Below are positions 51,940-64,000 of a DNA stretch of 64,000 nt, one piece after another (positions within the stretch are counted from its first letter, which is position 1; each line of letters starts with the position of its first letter). Below the pieces are notes generated by a model. It saw only the letters and a program-made list of their open reading frames with translations. It did not search any database and was not told the DNA's origin. The translations under genes were made by a program, and so were the position numbers. The stretch comes from Chiloscyllium plagiosum (Eukaryota), in the NCBI RefSeq assembly GCF_004010195.1, contig NC_057710.1, positions 153,709,110 to 153,773,109 of the forward strand. The letters are read 5' to 3'.

Positions 51940-54525
51940 GAAAGTTGGGGAAAATTTTAAAAACCTACAAAAGACGACCAAAAACAATAACAAGGGAGAA
52001 AATAAGCTTTGAGGGTGAACTGGCAAATAATATCGAAATGGATAATAAGCCTTTCTTTAAGTAAATAAAAAGGATAGAGGGACCAAAGCAAACATTTACT
52101 CCTGAGGGGCTGAGGCTGGGAAAATGGTAATGGGGAACCAGAAAATGGTCGACAAGTTGAATAAATACTTCGCATCACTCTTTATGGCACAGAACACTAA
52201 TTCCATTCTAAAATGTTCTAAATAATCAAGGGGCAAATATGGGGGAGAAAACAAATACAATAACTATCACTAGAGAAAAAATACTAGAGGAATTAATAAG
52301 GCTAAATGTTGACAAGATCCCTGGATTGGATGGGTTACATCTGAGGATACTAAGGGAAGGAGTTACAGACATAATTGGTGCACCAGTTGTAATCTTCCAA
52401 GAATCTTTAGATTCATTGGGAAAATGTTATTGGTAATTATAAAGAAGGTAATAGCAGAACATTTAGAAACACATATTATAATCAAGCAGAGTCTCACAAA
52501 CTCTTAACATTCGCCTGTACCTGTGTTTTTGTTTTTGCCATTGTTTACCTATTAGTTACTTATCTACGCTACTTAACTCAGTGATCTGCCTGTGTTGCTC
52601 GCAAGACAAAGCTTTTCATTGTGCCTCGGTACACATGACAATAAATTCAATTCAAATCAAATTCACATTGCTTCATGAAGGGGGAAATCATGCCTGATAT
52701 TTATTAGAATTCTTTGGTAGATTGATATATTTGAATTTCAAAAAGGCATTTGATAAGGTAGCACACATAAGGCAAATTAATAAGAATCCACGGTGGTGGG
52801 GGTAGCATATTAGCATAGATGGAGAATTGGATAACTTATAGAAGATGAAGTGTTGGCATGAAGGTGGCATTTTCAGGATGCAACACGTAACTGGTGGAAT
52901 GCCACAAGGTTCAGTCAATGCTGAGACCACACTTATTTACAATATATATTAATGACTTAGATGAGGTAAATGAATCAAGTTTGTGGGAAGGCAAATGGTG
53001 AGGATGACACAAAGAGTCGACAGAGGGATATCGTCAGGTTAAATGAGTGGGCTAACAAATTGCAGGTGGAATATAATGTGGGGAAAATACGAGATTATGT
53101 ATTTTGGCAGGAAGAATAGAGGATCTGAAGATTATTTCAGTGTAACAGACTCCAGAAAGCTGCAGGACAGTACAGTCCACATACACGAATCCCAACAAGT
53201 TAGCATAAACATTCAGCAGGTAATAGGGAAGGCAAATAGAATGTTGGCTTTTATCTCAGAGGAATAGGTAAATGTGCAGTTGATGTAGTTTATACAGATT
53301 TCAGTAAGGCCCTTTGACAAGGTCCCACATGGGAAACTGATCAAGAAGATCACAGCTCATGGGATCTGGGTTAAGTTGGCAAGTCCAGACTTGGCCCAAT
53401 GGCTCCCAAGCAGAGGGGGCTTGATGGAAGGCAGTTTGTGTAACTGGAAGCCAGGGCTCAGTGGCATACCATAGGGGTCAGTGCTGTGTCTCTTTTGTTT
53501 GTGATAATATATTTGAGATGCAAGTAAAGTTTGTGAATGATACAAAGGTTGGCTGGGCGGTTGACAGTGAGGAAAGAGGCCTTGGGTTACAGGAGGATAT
53601 AGGTGGGTTGGTCAGATAGGCAGATCAATGGCAGATGTAAGTTAAGCCTGATAAATGGGAGGTGGTGAAAGTTGGAAGTAGCAGCAAGGCAAAGGTGTAC
53701 TCAGTGAATGACAAGACACTAGGAGGCTCAGAGGAACAGAGGGATCTTCGGGGTGTTGGTCCATAGACCCCTGAAGATGACAGGGCAGGTTGTTAGGTTA
53801 GTTAAAGCAGCATATGGAACACTTGCTTTTATCAGTTGAGGCATGGGTTATAAGAGCAGGGAGGTTATGTTAGAGCTTTGCACACAACTTTGGATAGACC
53901 ACAGTTAGAGTACTGTGTAGTCTGGTCACCATACAATAGGAAGAATGTGATGGAGGGGGTGCAGAGAAGGTTTACCAGGAATCTGCCTCGAATGGAGCAT
54001 CTGAACTGATAAACTCTGATTATAGTCTTTGGAGCAAGGAGCTTTGAGGGGAGACCTGATAGGTTGTGAAGGGCATGAATAGAAAGCAGCTGCTCCCCTC
54101 AGTGGAAGGGTTAGTAACAAGGAGGTACAACTTTAAGGTGAAAGGCAGGAAGTTTAGAGGGGACTTGAGGAAAGAGATTTTCACCCAGAAGGTGATAGGG
54201 GTCTGGACTGTAGTGCCTGGGAAGGTAGATGGGGTGGTAACCTCACAACCCTTAAAAAGAAGTTGGTTGAGCACTTGAAGCGTTATGGACCTAAAGCTAG
54301 GCAATGGGACCAGTGCAGAATTAGCGTATGTTTAGCAGTACAGACTTCATGGATTGAAGGGACTCTTCTGTACTGTATAATTTCATGATTGTATAAGAAT
54401 AGGGAAGTCTTGTTAAAACTGTGCAAGGTACTAGTTAGACCGCACCTAGAAAGCTATGAACAATTTCGGATCCTCTTATCTAAATAGAGGTATACTACAT
54501 TGGAAGCAGTCCAGAGACGGTTCAC
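51940..54525 (+). mobile_element. Decayed CR1 LINE containing a nested second CR1 (~53262-54392) and a short LINE 3' tail (~52497-52665)
   Basis: DKIPGLDGLHLRILRE; two separate DFxKAFDKV regions; FRGDLRKEIFTQKV; aataaa plus an (attca)n-like tail at ~52640-52665. Confidence 0.7.
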
Positions 54526-55931
54526 TTTTGTCATAAATCACAACTTCCAGATAATTGAAAGTCAATTCGGCGAAGCAGATTGGAGTTTCAGTGCTCTTTT
54601 GATTGAGCCAATCTCATGAATCAACCTAGTCAGATGATCGCGGCAGCCATTTTAGGTCAGCTTTCAATCTTTTTAAAACAATTGTTAATCCAAGAAAATG
54701 TTAAGTATTAAAAACAAATGATGGAAATTAACCTTCATGGTTCATTTTCACTTGAATTGCAACACTATTAACATCTGAAGATAAACATTTCCTGAATTAG
54801 GACCGGAGGCAGATCCCTTCAAATGCTGACCAAATAAAACAGGAAAAAGCTACAGGTCAAATATATCAAATTGATAATATCAAATACATCATTCAGATGG
54901 CCCTTGCATATTCAACAATCTTCCAGCCTACAGATATGTTCAATTCATCCAAGCCAGTTGATTAATGTTAGCATACATGGGAACCTGTCTTTGACAAGAA
55001 TACACAGGCCATGCACATAATGCATCACCAAGAACAAATATGGAGATTACTCAGCTCTCTTTCCTGGCAGCTATAAATTGCCCATCTCAGAGCAAGAATC
55101 TGAGTACATGGGCCTTATAACCCATCAGCTTGGCCGTGTCCCTTGTATGTTTCACAAGTCAGCCAAAGACAACAACTCCTGCAGGCTGTGTGTGCACTAC
55201 CCTGACAGCCAGTCAGTACAGCAGCTGGGAAATACACACCAACATCAAAAACAGCAATCAGTCACATCACTTGGCAGCTTCGTTTGCAGTTAGCATGGAA
55301 GAACCAGCCTTTCAAGATTGTCTCCACAACCATCGGCAAATGGAGACACCCCACCCAATAGGATCATTTGCTGCATGTTCATCATCTCTCACAGCTGGAC
55401 GGACACCAATAACGGTGCCAAAGAAGAACAGATTTGATGCTAATTGGTGTACTTTGTATTTCAGTACACTGACGTTTTTTAAAAAGTTGCCGAAAATCAC
55501 TATGTTGTTCTTTCTTGTTTTTTCACAAATGGCAAACCTAACCAAGAAACAAAATCAATTTGTGCTTCCTGTCTAAATTGAATGGGCTTGTTTGTACATC
55601 TAATTCAATGTTCATTCAATGATGAATACTTGCTGTGTGCCACAAGTAGTCCCTATTAATTAAAATTCTACAAGGCTGCATCTATTAGTTTACATTGAAA
55701 TAATAGAGGTTCGCTGGAACTTTTCTTAACCCACTTTTCTCTTTAATATAGCTGAAGTGGCTGATTTCAGATGAGTTCTTTTATCTGGATTTTAAGAAAG
55801 ATGTTGAAATCCATGGAATTAAAGGTTGGGGAAGCTGTAAAAATAGTGGCTCATCTGCCAGCATCTGAATTAGATTCTTGCCTGAGTCTAAATCTACCCC
55901 AGTTATTCCACAAGTAACAGATAAAGTGCAT

Positions 55932-56562
55932 TGTTATGGACTAGACCAGACCACTCAAAGCATCCTTAAGCAGGCAGCCCAGACCGTAACTTTGCAATTT
56001 GTTTAAGTATATGTACAGAGCAAATTACCCGGAGTAAGTTAGCTAGGGTGACTACCAGGTTTTGAATCAATTTTTGTCTGTTTTATGAATGAAACATGAA
56101 GAACAGAATAAAGAACCCCTACAGAACTCAGTCTGTCCAAACTAGACTTCATTATGCTGCTCCAAATATACACAATAGTCCCAAGATGCAACCCCCCCTT
56201 AAACACAGTAAAAATGAAACAAAGGCTGACAGGTCGAAGTTAGAAGGACAGAAGGAGAGAGAATCTAGCAGCCTGTTTCCACACAGCTCCACTGCTGAAC
56301 TCCCTAACTAGGTCTAGACTGAACTGCTCAGCTCGGGAGCTGGCCACGCCCCCCTGCCTTATGCTGGTTACTTCTGAAAACATAAAGGCTTTGGCCTAAA
56401 GACTCATCTGTTTATGTATAACCAAAAAGGCCTTCCATCTCTATACCAAACCCAGCCGTTTCAGAGCCCGGCCTGTTTATGACCCCTCTGAAAAAAACAT
56501 CAAGGACACAGTATGCTTGAGAAAAGGAACAGCTTTTAGGAAAAAGGACAAGCTTTGGGACA
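55932..56562 (-). repeat. 3' LTR (631 bp), preceded by a polypurine tract
   Basis: TG...CA ends; minus-strand AAGGGGCGGTGGGGGGAGG lies immediately upstream (56563-56581). Confidence 0.9.
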
Positions 56563-58416
56563 CCTCCCCCCACCGCCCCTTAAAAAAAAGAACCATCAAT
56601 ATCAAAAGATGGCTTCATTTTTAAAACCTTTCAAAAACAAAACTGGTTAGTTGTCTAAAACACACATATATATGATACTAACTATACACATGCAAATACA
56701 CAACCACATGCAAATTCAGGCCGTGGTACACCCGTCACCGAATGCCTCTGTATCTCATTCGAGTCTCAATGACGCATTGACAATCACATGTACATTGTCA
56801 CACTGAGCAGCTGCAACAACAAACTCCATCTAAACAGACCGACATTTTTGTCTTTAAATTTCTCCACAAATGTCAATGGGTTATGATCAGTGTATGCGAT
56901 TGTCTCCGATACATTGCTGGTAATATAAACACTGAAATCTTGTCATGCTAACACCAAAGTCTCTTTCTCCAGCACTGAATATTTCTGTTGATGAACATTC
57001 AATTTCCTGGGAAAATATCCGATGGGTCTTTCTATCCTCTCATCATCCTCCTGCAGGAGCACTGCACTGACACCCACATCACTGGCATCGACAGGCTTCA
57101 TGTAATCCGATGTGAGTAATACTGGGGCATTGGTTAACACAATCTTTACCCTTTTGACAGTCCACTGTCCACTGAAACTTCTTGCTTTCTTTTAAACAAT
57201 TCAGTGAGTGGAGCAGACACACTTGCTAAAGTTCGGCACAAACTTTCAGTAAAATCCACTCAATCCCAGCAAATGTAGAACTGCTCTTTTTGTCGACTGA
57301 GAGAAATTCCCTAATTACTTTCATTTTCGCATCCCGTGGGGCCATTGGTTCATGTCCAATAACATGGCCCAGGAAGGTGACTTGAGCTTTGGCAAATTCA
57401 CACTTAGCTTGGTTTACCACCTCGCCTGCCTTCAGAAGTCAATCAAACAGGTCCAATAAATGCTGTAAATGTTCCTTCCCTGAGTGACTATAAATCACCA
57501 GGTCATCAATGGGAACAACACAATTGGGTAACCCAGCAATGACCTTATTAGTCAGTGACTGGAGTGTTTTTCATACCAAATGGCATGACTTTGAACTGAT
57601 ATAATCCATTTGGCGTTACAAAAGCCAAAATTGCCTTTGCTCTCTCTGACAGATACTTGCCAGTGGCCTCTGAGCAAGTCCAACTTAGAAATGTAAGTTG
57701 CTTGTCCCACTTTTTCAACACAGTCCTCCAACCGTGGAATTGGATCAGTCTTTGTCACGGCGTTGACTTTGCGATAGTCCACACATAACCATTGGGTACC
57801 ATCTGGCTTTGGCACCATGACTATGGGTGAGCTCCAGTCACTGTATTATGCCATCTTGGAGCATGCGCTCTATCTCCTCCTGAACCTGTGCCAACTTTAG
57901 AGGATTATGGCTTCAAGGATGTTGTTTATACTGCTGTCATGTGCAATTAGATTAGTACTTCCCAGTTTATTTCTGCACATCTCTCCATGTGGTAGCAATA
58001 ACTCTTTCAGGTCATTTTGATTTTCTTGTGGAAGGTAACTCAATAATTTATCCCAATTTTCGACAACTTCCTCACTGTCCAATTTTATTTGAGGAATGTC
58101 CAATTCAGAATCCTCTGAACTTTGTTCTTCCTTCTGTGCTATAATCATTAACACCTTCTCCTCTTGCTTTCCTTCCCCATCAAAATACCTTTTGAGCATA
58201 TTCACATGACACACTCTGTGAAACTCCTTCCTGTCTGGATTCCTTAGTTCACCTCACTCAATTTCCTCTCAATTTGATAAAGTTCACTAAACGCTGCTTT
58301 TAAAGGCTCACCTGTTATTGGAAGTGACAGCAATACCTTATCCCCAGTTGCAAAATTGCAAATTTGTGACTTCTAATCAACTTCCTGTTTCACTGTATGA
58401 TGTGATACTTTGAAAT

Positions 58417-59356
58417 TTGGGCGACCGAATCAACACGGACATTTACTATAAACCGACCGACTCCCACAGCTACCTAGACTACAGCTCCTCCCACCCTGCC
58501 CCCTGTAAAAACGCCATCCCATATTCCCAATTCCTTCGTCTCCGCCGCATCTGCTCCCAGGAGGACCAGTTCCAAATCCGTACAACCCAGATGACCTCCT
58601 TCTTCAAGGACCGCAATTTCCCCTCAGACTTGGTCGACGATGCCCTCCACCGCATCTCCTCCACTTCCCGCTCCTCCGCCCTTGAGCCCCACCTCTCCAA
58701 CCGCCACCAGGATAGAACCCCACTGGTCCTCACCTACCACCCCACCAACCTCCATGTACAGCGGATCATCCGCTGTCATTTCCGCCACCTCCAAACGAAC
58801 CCCACCACCAGGGATATATTTCCCTCCCCTCCCCTATCAGCGTTCTGAAAAGACNNNNNNNNNNNNNNNNNNNNNNNNNNNNNNNNNNNNNNNNNNNNNN
58901 NNNNNNNNNNNNNNNNNNNNNNNNNNNNNNNNNNNNNNNNNNNNNNNNNNNNNNNNNNNNNNNNNNNNNNNNNNNNNNNNNNNNNNNNNNNNNNNNNNNN
59001 NNNNNNNNNNNNNNNNNNNNNNNNNNNNNNNNNNNNNNNNNNNNNNNNNNNNNNNNNNNNNNNNNNNNNNNNNNNNNNNNNNNNNNNNNNNNNNNNNNNN
59101 NNNNNNNCCCACTCCGGCCTATCACCCTCACCTTGACCTCCCTCCACCTATCGCATTTCCAACGCCCCTCCCCCAAGTCCCTCCTCCCTACCTTTTATCT
59201 TAGCCTGCTGGGCACACTTTCCTCATTCCTGAAGAAGGGCTTATGCCCGAAACGTCGATTCTCCTGTTCCTTGGATGCTACCTGACCTGCTGCGCCTTTC
59301 CAGCAACACATTTTCAGCTCTGATCTCCAGCATCTGCAGCCCTCACTTTCTCCTCC
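58417..59356 (+). mobile_element. Young 5'-truncated PLE nested in the Gypsy integrase region
   Basis: Open frame TDIYYKPTDSHSYLDY...AIPYSQFLRLRRICS; 12-bp TSD ATACTTTGAAAT (58405-58416, 59357-59368); contains N-gap 58855-59107. Confidence 0.92.
59225..59260 (+). ncRNA. Minimal hammerhead ribozyme motif in the PLE 3' end
   Basis: ATTC-CTGAAGA-A-GGGC-TTAT-GCCC-GAAA-CG-TC^-GATT; stem I is short and imperfect. Confidence 0.65.
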
Positions 59357-62280
59357 ATACTTTGAAATGCTGTCTAGCAAACTCTCAAGCTCTATTTAAT
59401 TATTCTCTAAAATTTTACACACAGTCCAAATGGGTGATCTCTGAATTCTGACTTATTAATTTCTCCTTCATCAATTTTAATGGTCCTCTTACTTGATGTC
59501 CACAAATTAATTCAAATGGACTGAATTTGGTTGATTCATTTGTTACATCTCTGATCACAAAAAGTACAAACGGAACTCCCTTATCCCAATCATCTGGATA
59601 ATCCTGACCATCAGCCCTCAATATGGTCTTTAGTGTTTGATGCCATCTCTCTACTGCTTCCTGTCATTCCGGATGGTATGCAGTAGATTTAAATTGCTTT
59701 ATTCCCAAGTTATCCATAACCTCGTTGAATAGTTTGGATGTGAAGTTTGATCCTTGATCTGACTGGATCTCTATTGGTAGTTCGTATCTGGTAAAAAAAA
59801 AGTTCTTCTACAACCCTTTTAACTGTGATATTGTGTAATGGGATTGCCTCTGGAAATCTAGTTGACATATCCATTATTGTTAATAAATACTTATTCCCAC
59901 TTTTTGTTTGAGGTAGGGGACCTACACAATCAATCAAAGTTCCTCAAATGCTGGAATAGGTATTAAAGGTGCAGGTTTTATATCTGCCTGTGGTTTTACG
60001 ATTAGCTGACATGTATGACACGTCTGGCAAAATTCAACTACATCCTTGTGTAGTCCAGGCCAGTAAAAATGTCTTTGTATTTTAGCCTGTAGTTTCCTCA
60101 CCCCTAAATGACCTCCAAGTGGTAGGACATGTACCACCCTACTGGCAAAACAATCTGATGAATCTCTGTCCATTTCTCATCTGCTTGAATGTGTGACGGT
60201 CTGCATCTCCTCATTAAGGCATCATTTGTTCAGTAATAACACAAGGATGCATTCACTCTCCTTTTCTGTAAATGCCTTTTGATACAACTGTTTTAAAGCC
60301 TCATCTTTCTGCTGTAACTCAATAAGCGTAGTAGAGCTAAAGATACTTTCATGTTTACCTATTTGCTCCTGCTCTGTCCCACTTATCTGATCAAAAAAAG
60401 TCACTGATAAAGCTATGTCAGCTTCCTTATCTGGGCCTTTTGATCTCTCCTGCTTCAGCTTGTGCCTCTGTGACCTCGTTAAGACAAAATCTGGGAAAAT
60501 TCCTGGTTAAACATCCTTCATTGTTTCAGTCACCTGCACCTCCACTGGCTTTTCAACTAGAGTAGGCAGCACGCCTACTGGTGAATCAGCGATATCATTT
60601 GCAATGATAAATTGTATTACTGGAGCTAAGAGTTTCTCCAGTACTCCTACCACAAATTCTCCACTCTTCTCTGGACACACTCGCCTCACTTTACACAACT
60701 GAGCACTTTTTGTCTCACCATGAATTCCTGTAACCAGTACCTTTTCTTGCAATAGTCCCCCAGGAGTACACACCTCCTCATCCTTCAGCATTATAGACTG
60801 AGAGGATCCTGAGTCCCTTATTATTGTAACCTCTTTACCTATGCTGCTGGCCTATGTGAATAAACTTTACCCTTGCATGTGTATTTTTTAAGCAGATCTG
60901 ATACTTCCTCCTTAATCAACCTCTGATTCAGCTTTCTAGCTTCCATTGGGCTTTCTGTTACCATGCCAACAAAACTTGCAGACTTGTCCAGTTTTCCGAC
61001 ATCTGGATCTCTCCTAGCCCACCAACACTGTGATTTTGTGTGGCTCACTTTATTACAATGAAAACACTGGAGCTTTTTAACTTCTTTGTCCCCCTCAAGG
61101 GTTTCCTTTTTACCCTGTGGTAAGTTATCCTTATGATCTTCACTGAGACCTACCTTTCCCTTTCCACATAAGGATTTCTCTTTGCCTCAGTTTCTATCCC
61201 CCATGAACTGAGATTGATTCTGGAAGCCAAACCGAGTTTTATGGACTATCAGCCCCTTCAGCTGCTAACCTTGCCATTTTAACTCTGCTCTTCCACATGA
61301 GTTTGCATTACTTCAGGCAGTGAATTTTTATATTCCTCCAACATAATTACCTCTCTAAGGGCATCATAGGTTTGCTCTACTTTTAAAGCTCTTCTCTATC
61401 TATCGAAATCACTCTGTTTGATCCTTTCAAACTCAATGTAGGTTTGACCTGGGTCCCTCCTTAGATTCCTGAAACATTGTCTACAGGCTTCTGGTACAAG
61501 CTCATATGCACTTAAGATGGCTTTTTTACCACCTCACACTCCCCAGATACCGCCTCTGAGTGTGATGTGAAGACCTCACTAGACCTACCTATAAGTTTGG
61601 TTTGGATCAACAAAAGACACACGGGTCACCGGCCACTGCATTTGTTTAGCCACTTTTTCAAATGAGATGAAAAAGGCTTCCACATCTTTCTCATCAAATT
61701 TAGGCAATGCTTGAACATACTTAAACAGTTTCTCATCAGGCTTCCGCCCACCATGGAGTTGCTCATCCTCACTAGACTTGACTTCAGCCGTCATCTCCAG
61801 CCTTTTAAGCTGGCTTTCCTTTATAAGTGTCAGCTTCTGAAGTTCAAATTCTCTCTCTTTTTCTTTCTCTTCTGATAAAGCCCTTCGTTCTTTTTCTTTC
61901 TCTTCTGCTTTTAACTCAAACTGCTTCATTTCTGCTGCCCTTTCCGTATCTCTCACCTCTGACTCAAGCTGCTTCATTTACAATTGGATTTTTGTCATCT
62001 CTGTAGATTCAGATGGTGTTTCCAGCAAGTTTAAATGCTGAGCTGCTGCTGTATTTATCTCACCTTTCCTCACAGAAGCAGGCAGCCCCAATCACAGTTT
62101 GTCTGCTAATTCCTGCTGCTTGGTCTTATTCACCTTTTGCAAAACTTTCAAAGTCACTGCATCCATTTCCAGGAAACTTTTGGCGACTGAAAGAGCCATT
62201 ACTACCCCATTTGTCTACCCAACCAAATCAACATCCGAAATAAAGACATGAGCATCTCCCACTCGCCGTTTAAAGACACA

Positions 62281-62292
62281 GACGAGCCCTCA
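62281..62292 (-). other. Primer-binding site, tRNA-Pro type
   Basis: TGAGGGCTCGTC matches 11/12 of TGGGGGCTCGTC, the start of the tRNA-Pro PBS; directly adjacent to the 5' LTR. Confidence 0.7.
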
Positions 62293-62838
62293 GTAAATGT
62301 ACAGAGAAAATTACCCAGAGTAAGTTAGCCAGGATGACTACTAGGTTTTGAATAAATTTTTGTCTGTTTTACAAAATTACACAAAGAACTCCTACAGAAC
62401 TCAGTCTGTCCAAACTAGACTTCATTATGCTGCTCCAAATACACACAACAGTCCCAAGAAGCAACCCCCCCTTAAACACAGTAAAAATGAAACAAAGGCT
62501 GACAGGTCGAAGTTAGAAGGACAGAAGGAGAGAGAATCTAGCAGCCTGTTTCCACACAGCTCCACTGCTGAACTCCCTAACTAGGTCTGGACTGAACTGC
62601 TCAGCTCGGGAGCTGGCCACGCCCCCCCTGCCTTATGCTGGTTACTTCTGAAAACATAAAGGCTTTGGCCTAAAGACTCATCTGTTTATGTATAAACAAA
62701 AAGGCCTTCCATCTCTGTACCAAACCCAGCCGTTTCAGAGCCCGGCCTGTTTATGACCCCTCTGAAAAAGACATCAAGGACATAGTATCCTTGAGAAAAG
62801 GAACAGCTTTTAGGAAAAAGGATCAGCCTTGAGTGAGA
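62293..62838 (-). repeat. 5' LTR, lacking ~75 bp of the U5 end
   Basis: Aligns to ~56007-56562. Confidence 0.9.
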
Positions 62839-63499
62839 GCATGTTAAAAATACAACCCTAAATTAAATGTTCTGGTTTTGTTATAACTAGGTGGAAATTG
62901 CAACACCTGCGCTTGACAGACCTTCACTTTTAATCTGCTGACATACAAGCAATTTGCTCATGACTTTCAATAACTATTCAAATACTTCATAATATTCACT
63001 TTAAACATACTTATCTGATAAATTATGAAAACATTTGTTGAATATCAAATAACCTAAATATATCAGTCAAAATCAGACTATAAAGCTAATTCTTTACCCT
63101 GGTAATCCCTCACTCTGCAATATGAACACCAACTAAAAGAATGGAGTTTAATTTTGTTATGGAAGTTCTGTTAATCTCAGGATTCTAACTGCATGAATAT
63201 TTTAAATGGCTTCTGAATGAAATGCACTATTTTTGACAAATAAACCAGTGAAATAGTCCAATGATTTGATTAAGTCACTGAAAATGACCTGGAAGGTCAT
63301 AAATTTGACCCTTGGCCTAATCTGACGGTGCGTAACGTGGCACCATAATTGATGCCAACTTTCTGGTTTCGCTTCTTGAGCAAATCACTGAAACATGACC
63401 TCTGTGCGTGGAGACTGGATGTGGGCAGAATTGGGCTAGGTGTGCAATCCACATGAGGTAACAGTTGGCTGACATTCACCAAAGCACACAAATAATTGA

Positions 63500-63628
63500 T
63501 ATAAGAAAATTACTGCGGATGCTGCGGAGCTTTGACAAAGGGTCAGTTAAGACTTGAAATGTCAGCTTTTTTCTCTCCCTACAGATGCTGCCAGACTTGC
63601 TGAGATTTTCCAGCATTTTCTCTTTTGG
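63500..63628 (+). mobile_element. PLE-derived mini-element (same family as 38224-38414) with hammerhead variant at 63528-63567
   Basis: 14-bp TSD ACACAAATAATTGA (63486-63499, 63629-63642); same termini as the 38224 copy. Confidence 0.85.
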
Positions 63629-63822
63629 ACACAAATAATTGAGTTACCAAATCTCAAAACGTTTATTACTTTTATTTACCCAGGATCACAAACAGAGTGG
63701 AGATGATTTCCAAAAGGGAAATCCAGATGAGGTTGACAACAGGAAGTTTTGCTGAAGGTTTTCTACTGAGTAATTGGTGTGATTGACATAAGAGTATGTT
63801 CAAAAAGTGTCCATGAATTCAG

Positions 63823-64000
63823 TCAGAAGTCACACGACATCAGGTTATAGACCAACAGGTGTATTTGAAAAAAACAAGCTTTCGGAGCGCTATTCCTTCA
63901 TCAGGTGAGGTGACTGCACCTGGCTAAGAAGCAGGGCTCCAAAAGCTTATGATTTCAAATTAAACCTGTTGGACTATGACCTGTGTCATGTGACTTCTGA
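63823..64000. mobile_element. Imperfect fold-back element (50491 family); may extend past the window end
   Basis: tcagaagtcacacgaca...tgtcatgtgacttctga inverted arms; the minus strand near 63873-63907 reads CAC-CTGATGA-A-GGAATAGCGCTCC-GAAA-GC-TT. Confidence 0.75.

Larger units (their letters stand above)
55932..62838 (-). mobile_element. Decayed near-full-length Ty3/Gypsy LTR retrotransposon, Gmr1-like domain order (gag-PR-IN-RT-RH)
   Basis: 4-bp TSD GCAT (55928-55931, 62839-62842); gag ALPKFDEKDVEAFF; zinc knuckle CFHCNKVSHTKSQC ~61022-61069; protease IRDSGS ~60800; integrase HHCC and core 59415-60173; RT 57200-57900 (LCVDYRKVN, IDDLVIY); RNase H (VDASDVGVSAVL) ~56800-57140. Confidence 0.92.

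Noticed and set aside
54529-55918. Possible LTR-like insertion (TGTCA...TAACA) including ORF 55130..55576
   Set aside because: No matching TSD, no second copy in the window and no recognisable protein motif.
56096-56311. Duplicated small protein (also 62348..62584)
   Set aside because: Incidental antisense frames within the two LTRs.

Overview
Eukaryotic genomic DNA from a cartilaginous fish (shark-type HE1 SINEs and CR1/HER1-like LINEs; the species cannot be determined from the sequence). The window is mostly intronic sequence of a minus-strand SH3D19 (EVE-1/EBP) gene. I resolved eight coding exons by hand (46722-46767 down to 5548-5642), with GT-AG sites and compatible phases; five of them are absent from the ORF track. 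The first exon and the SH3-domain exons were not found. The introns are dense in retroelements: CR1 and L1 fragments, HE1 SINEs, Penelope-like elements (PLEs), two solo LTRs, and one decayed near-full-length Gmr1-type Gypsy element (55932-62838, integrase upstream of RT). The most interesting signal is a minimal type-I hammerhead ribozyme motif (CTGAnGA-A-stem II-GAAAnnTH) at the 3' ends of the PLEs. It occurs in several variants with covarying stems, including an apparent U3-A8 compensatory core. It also sits at or near the symmetry axis of short fold-back insertions with 11-16 bp TSDs. Repeat boundaries lacking TSDs are approximate; there are three N-gaps.
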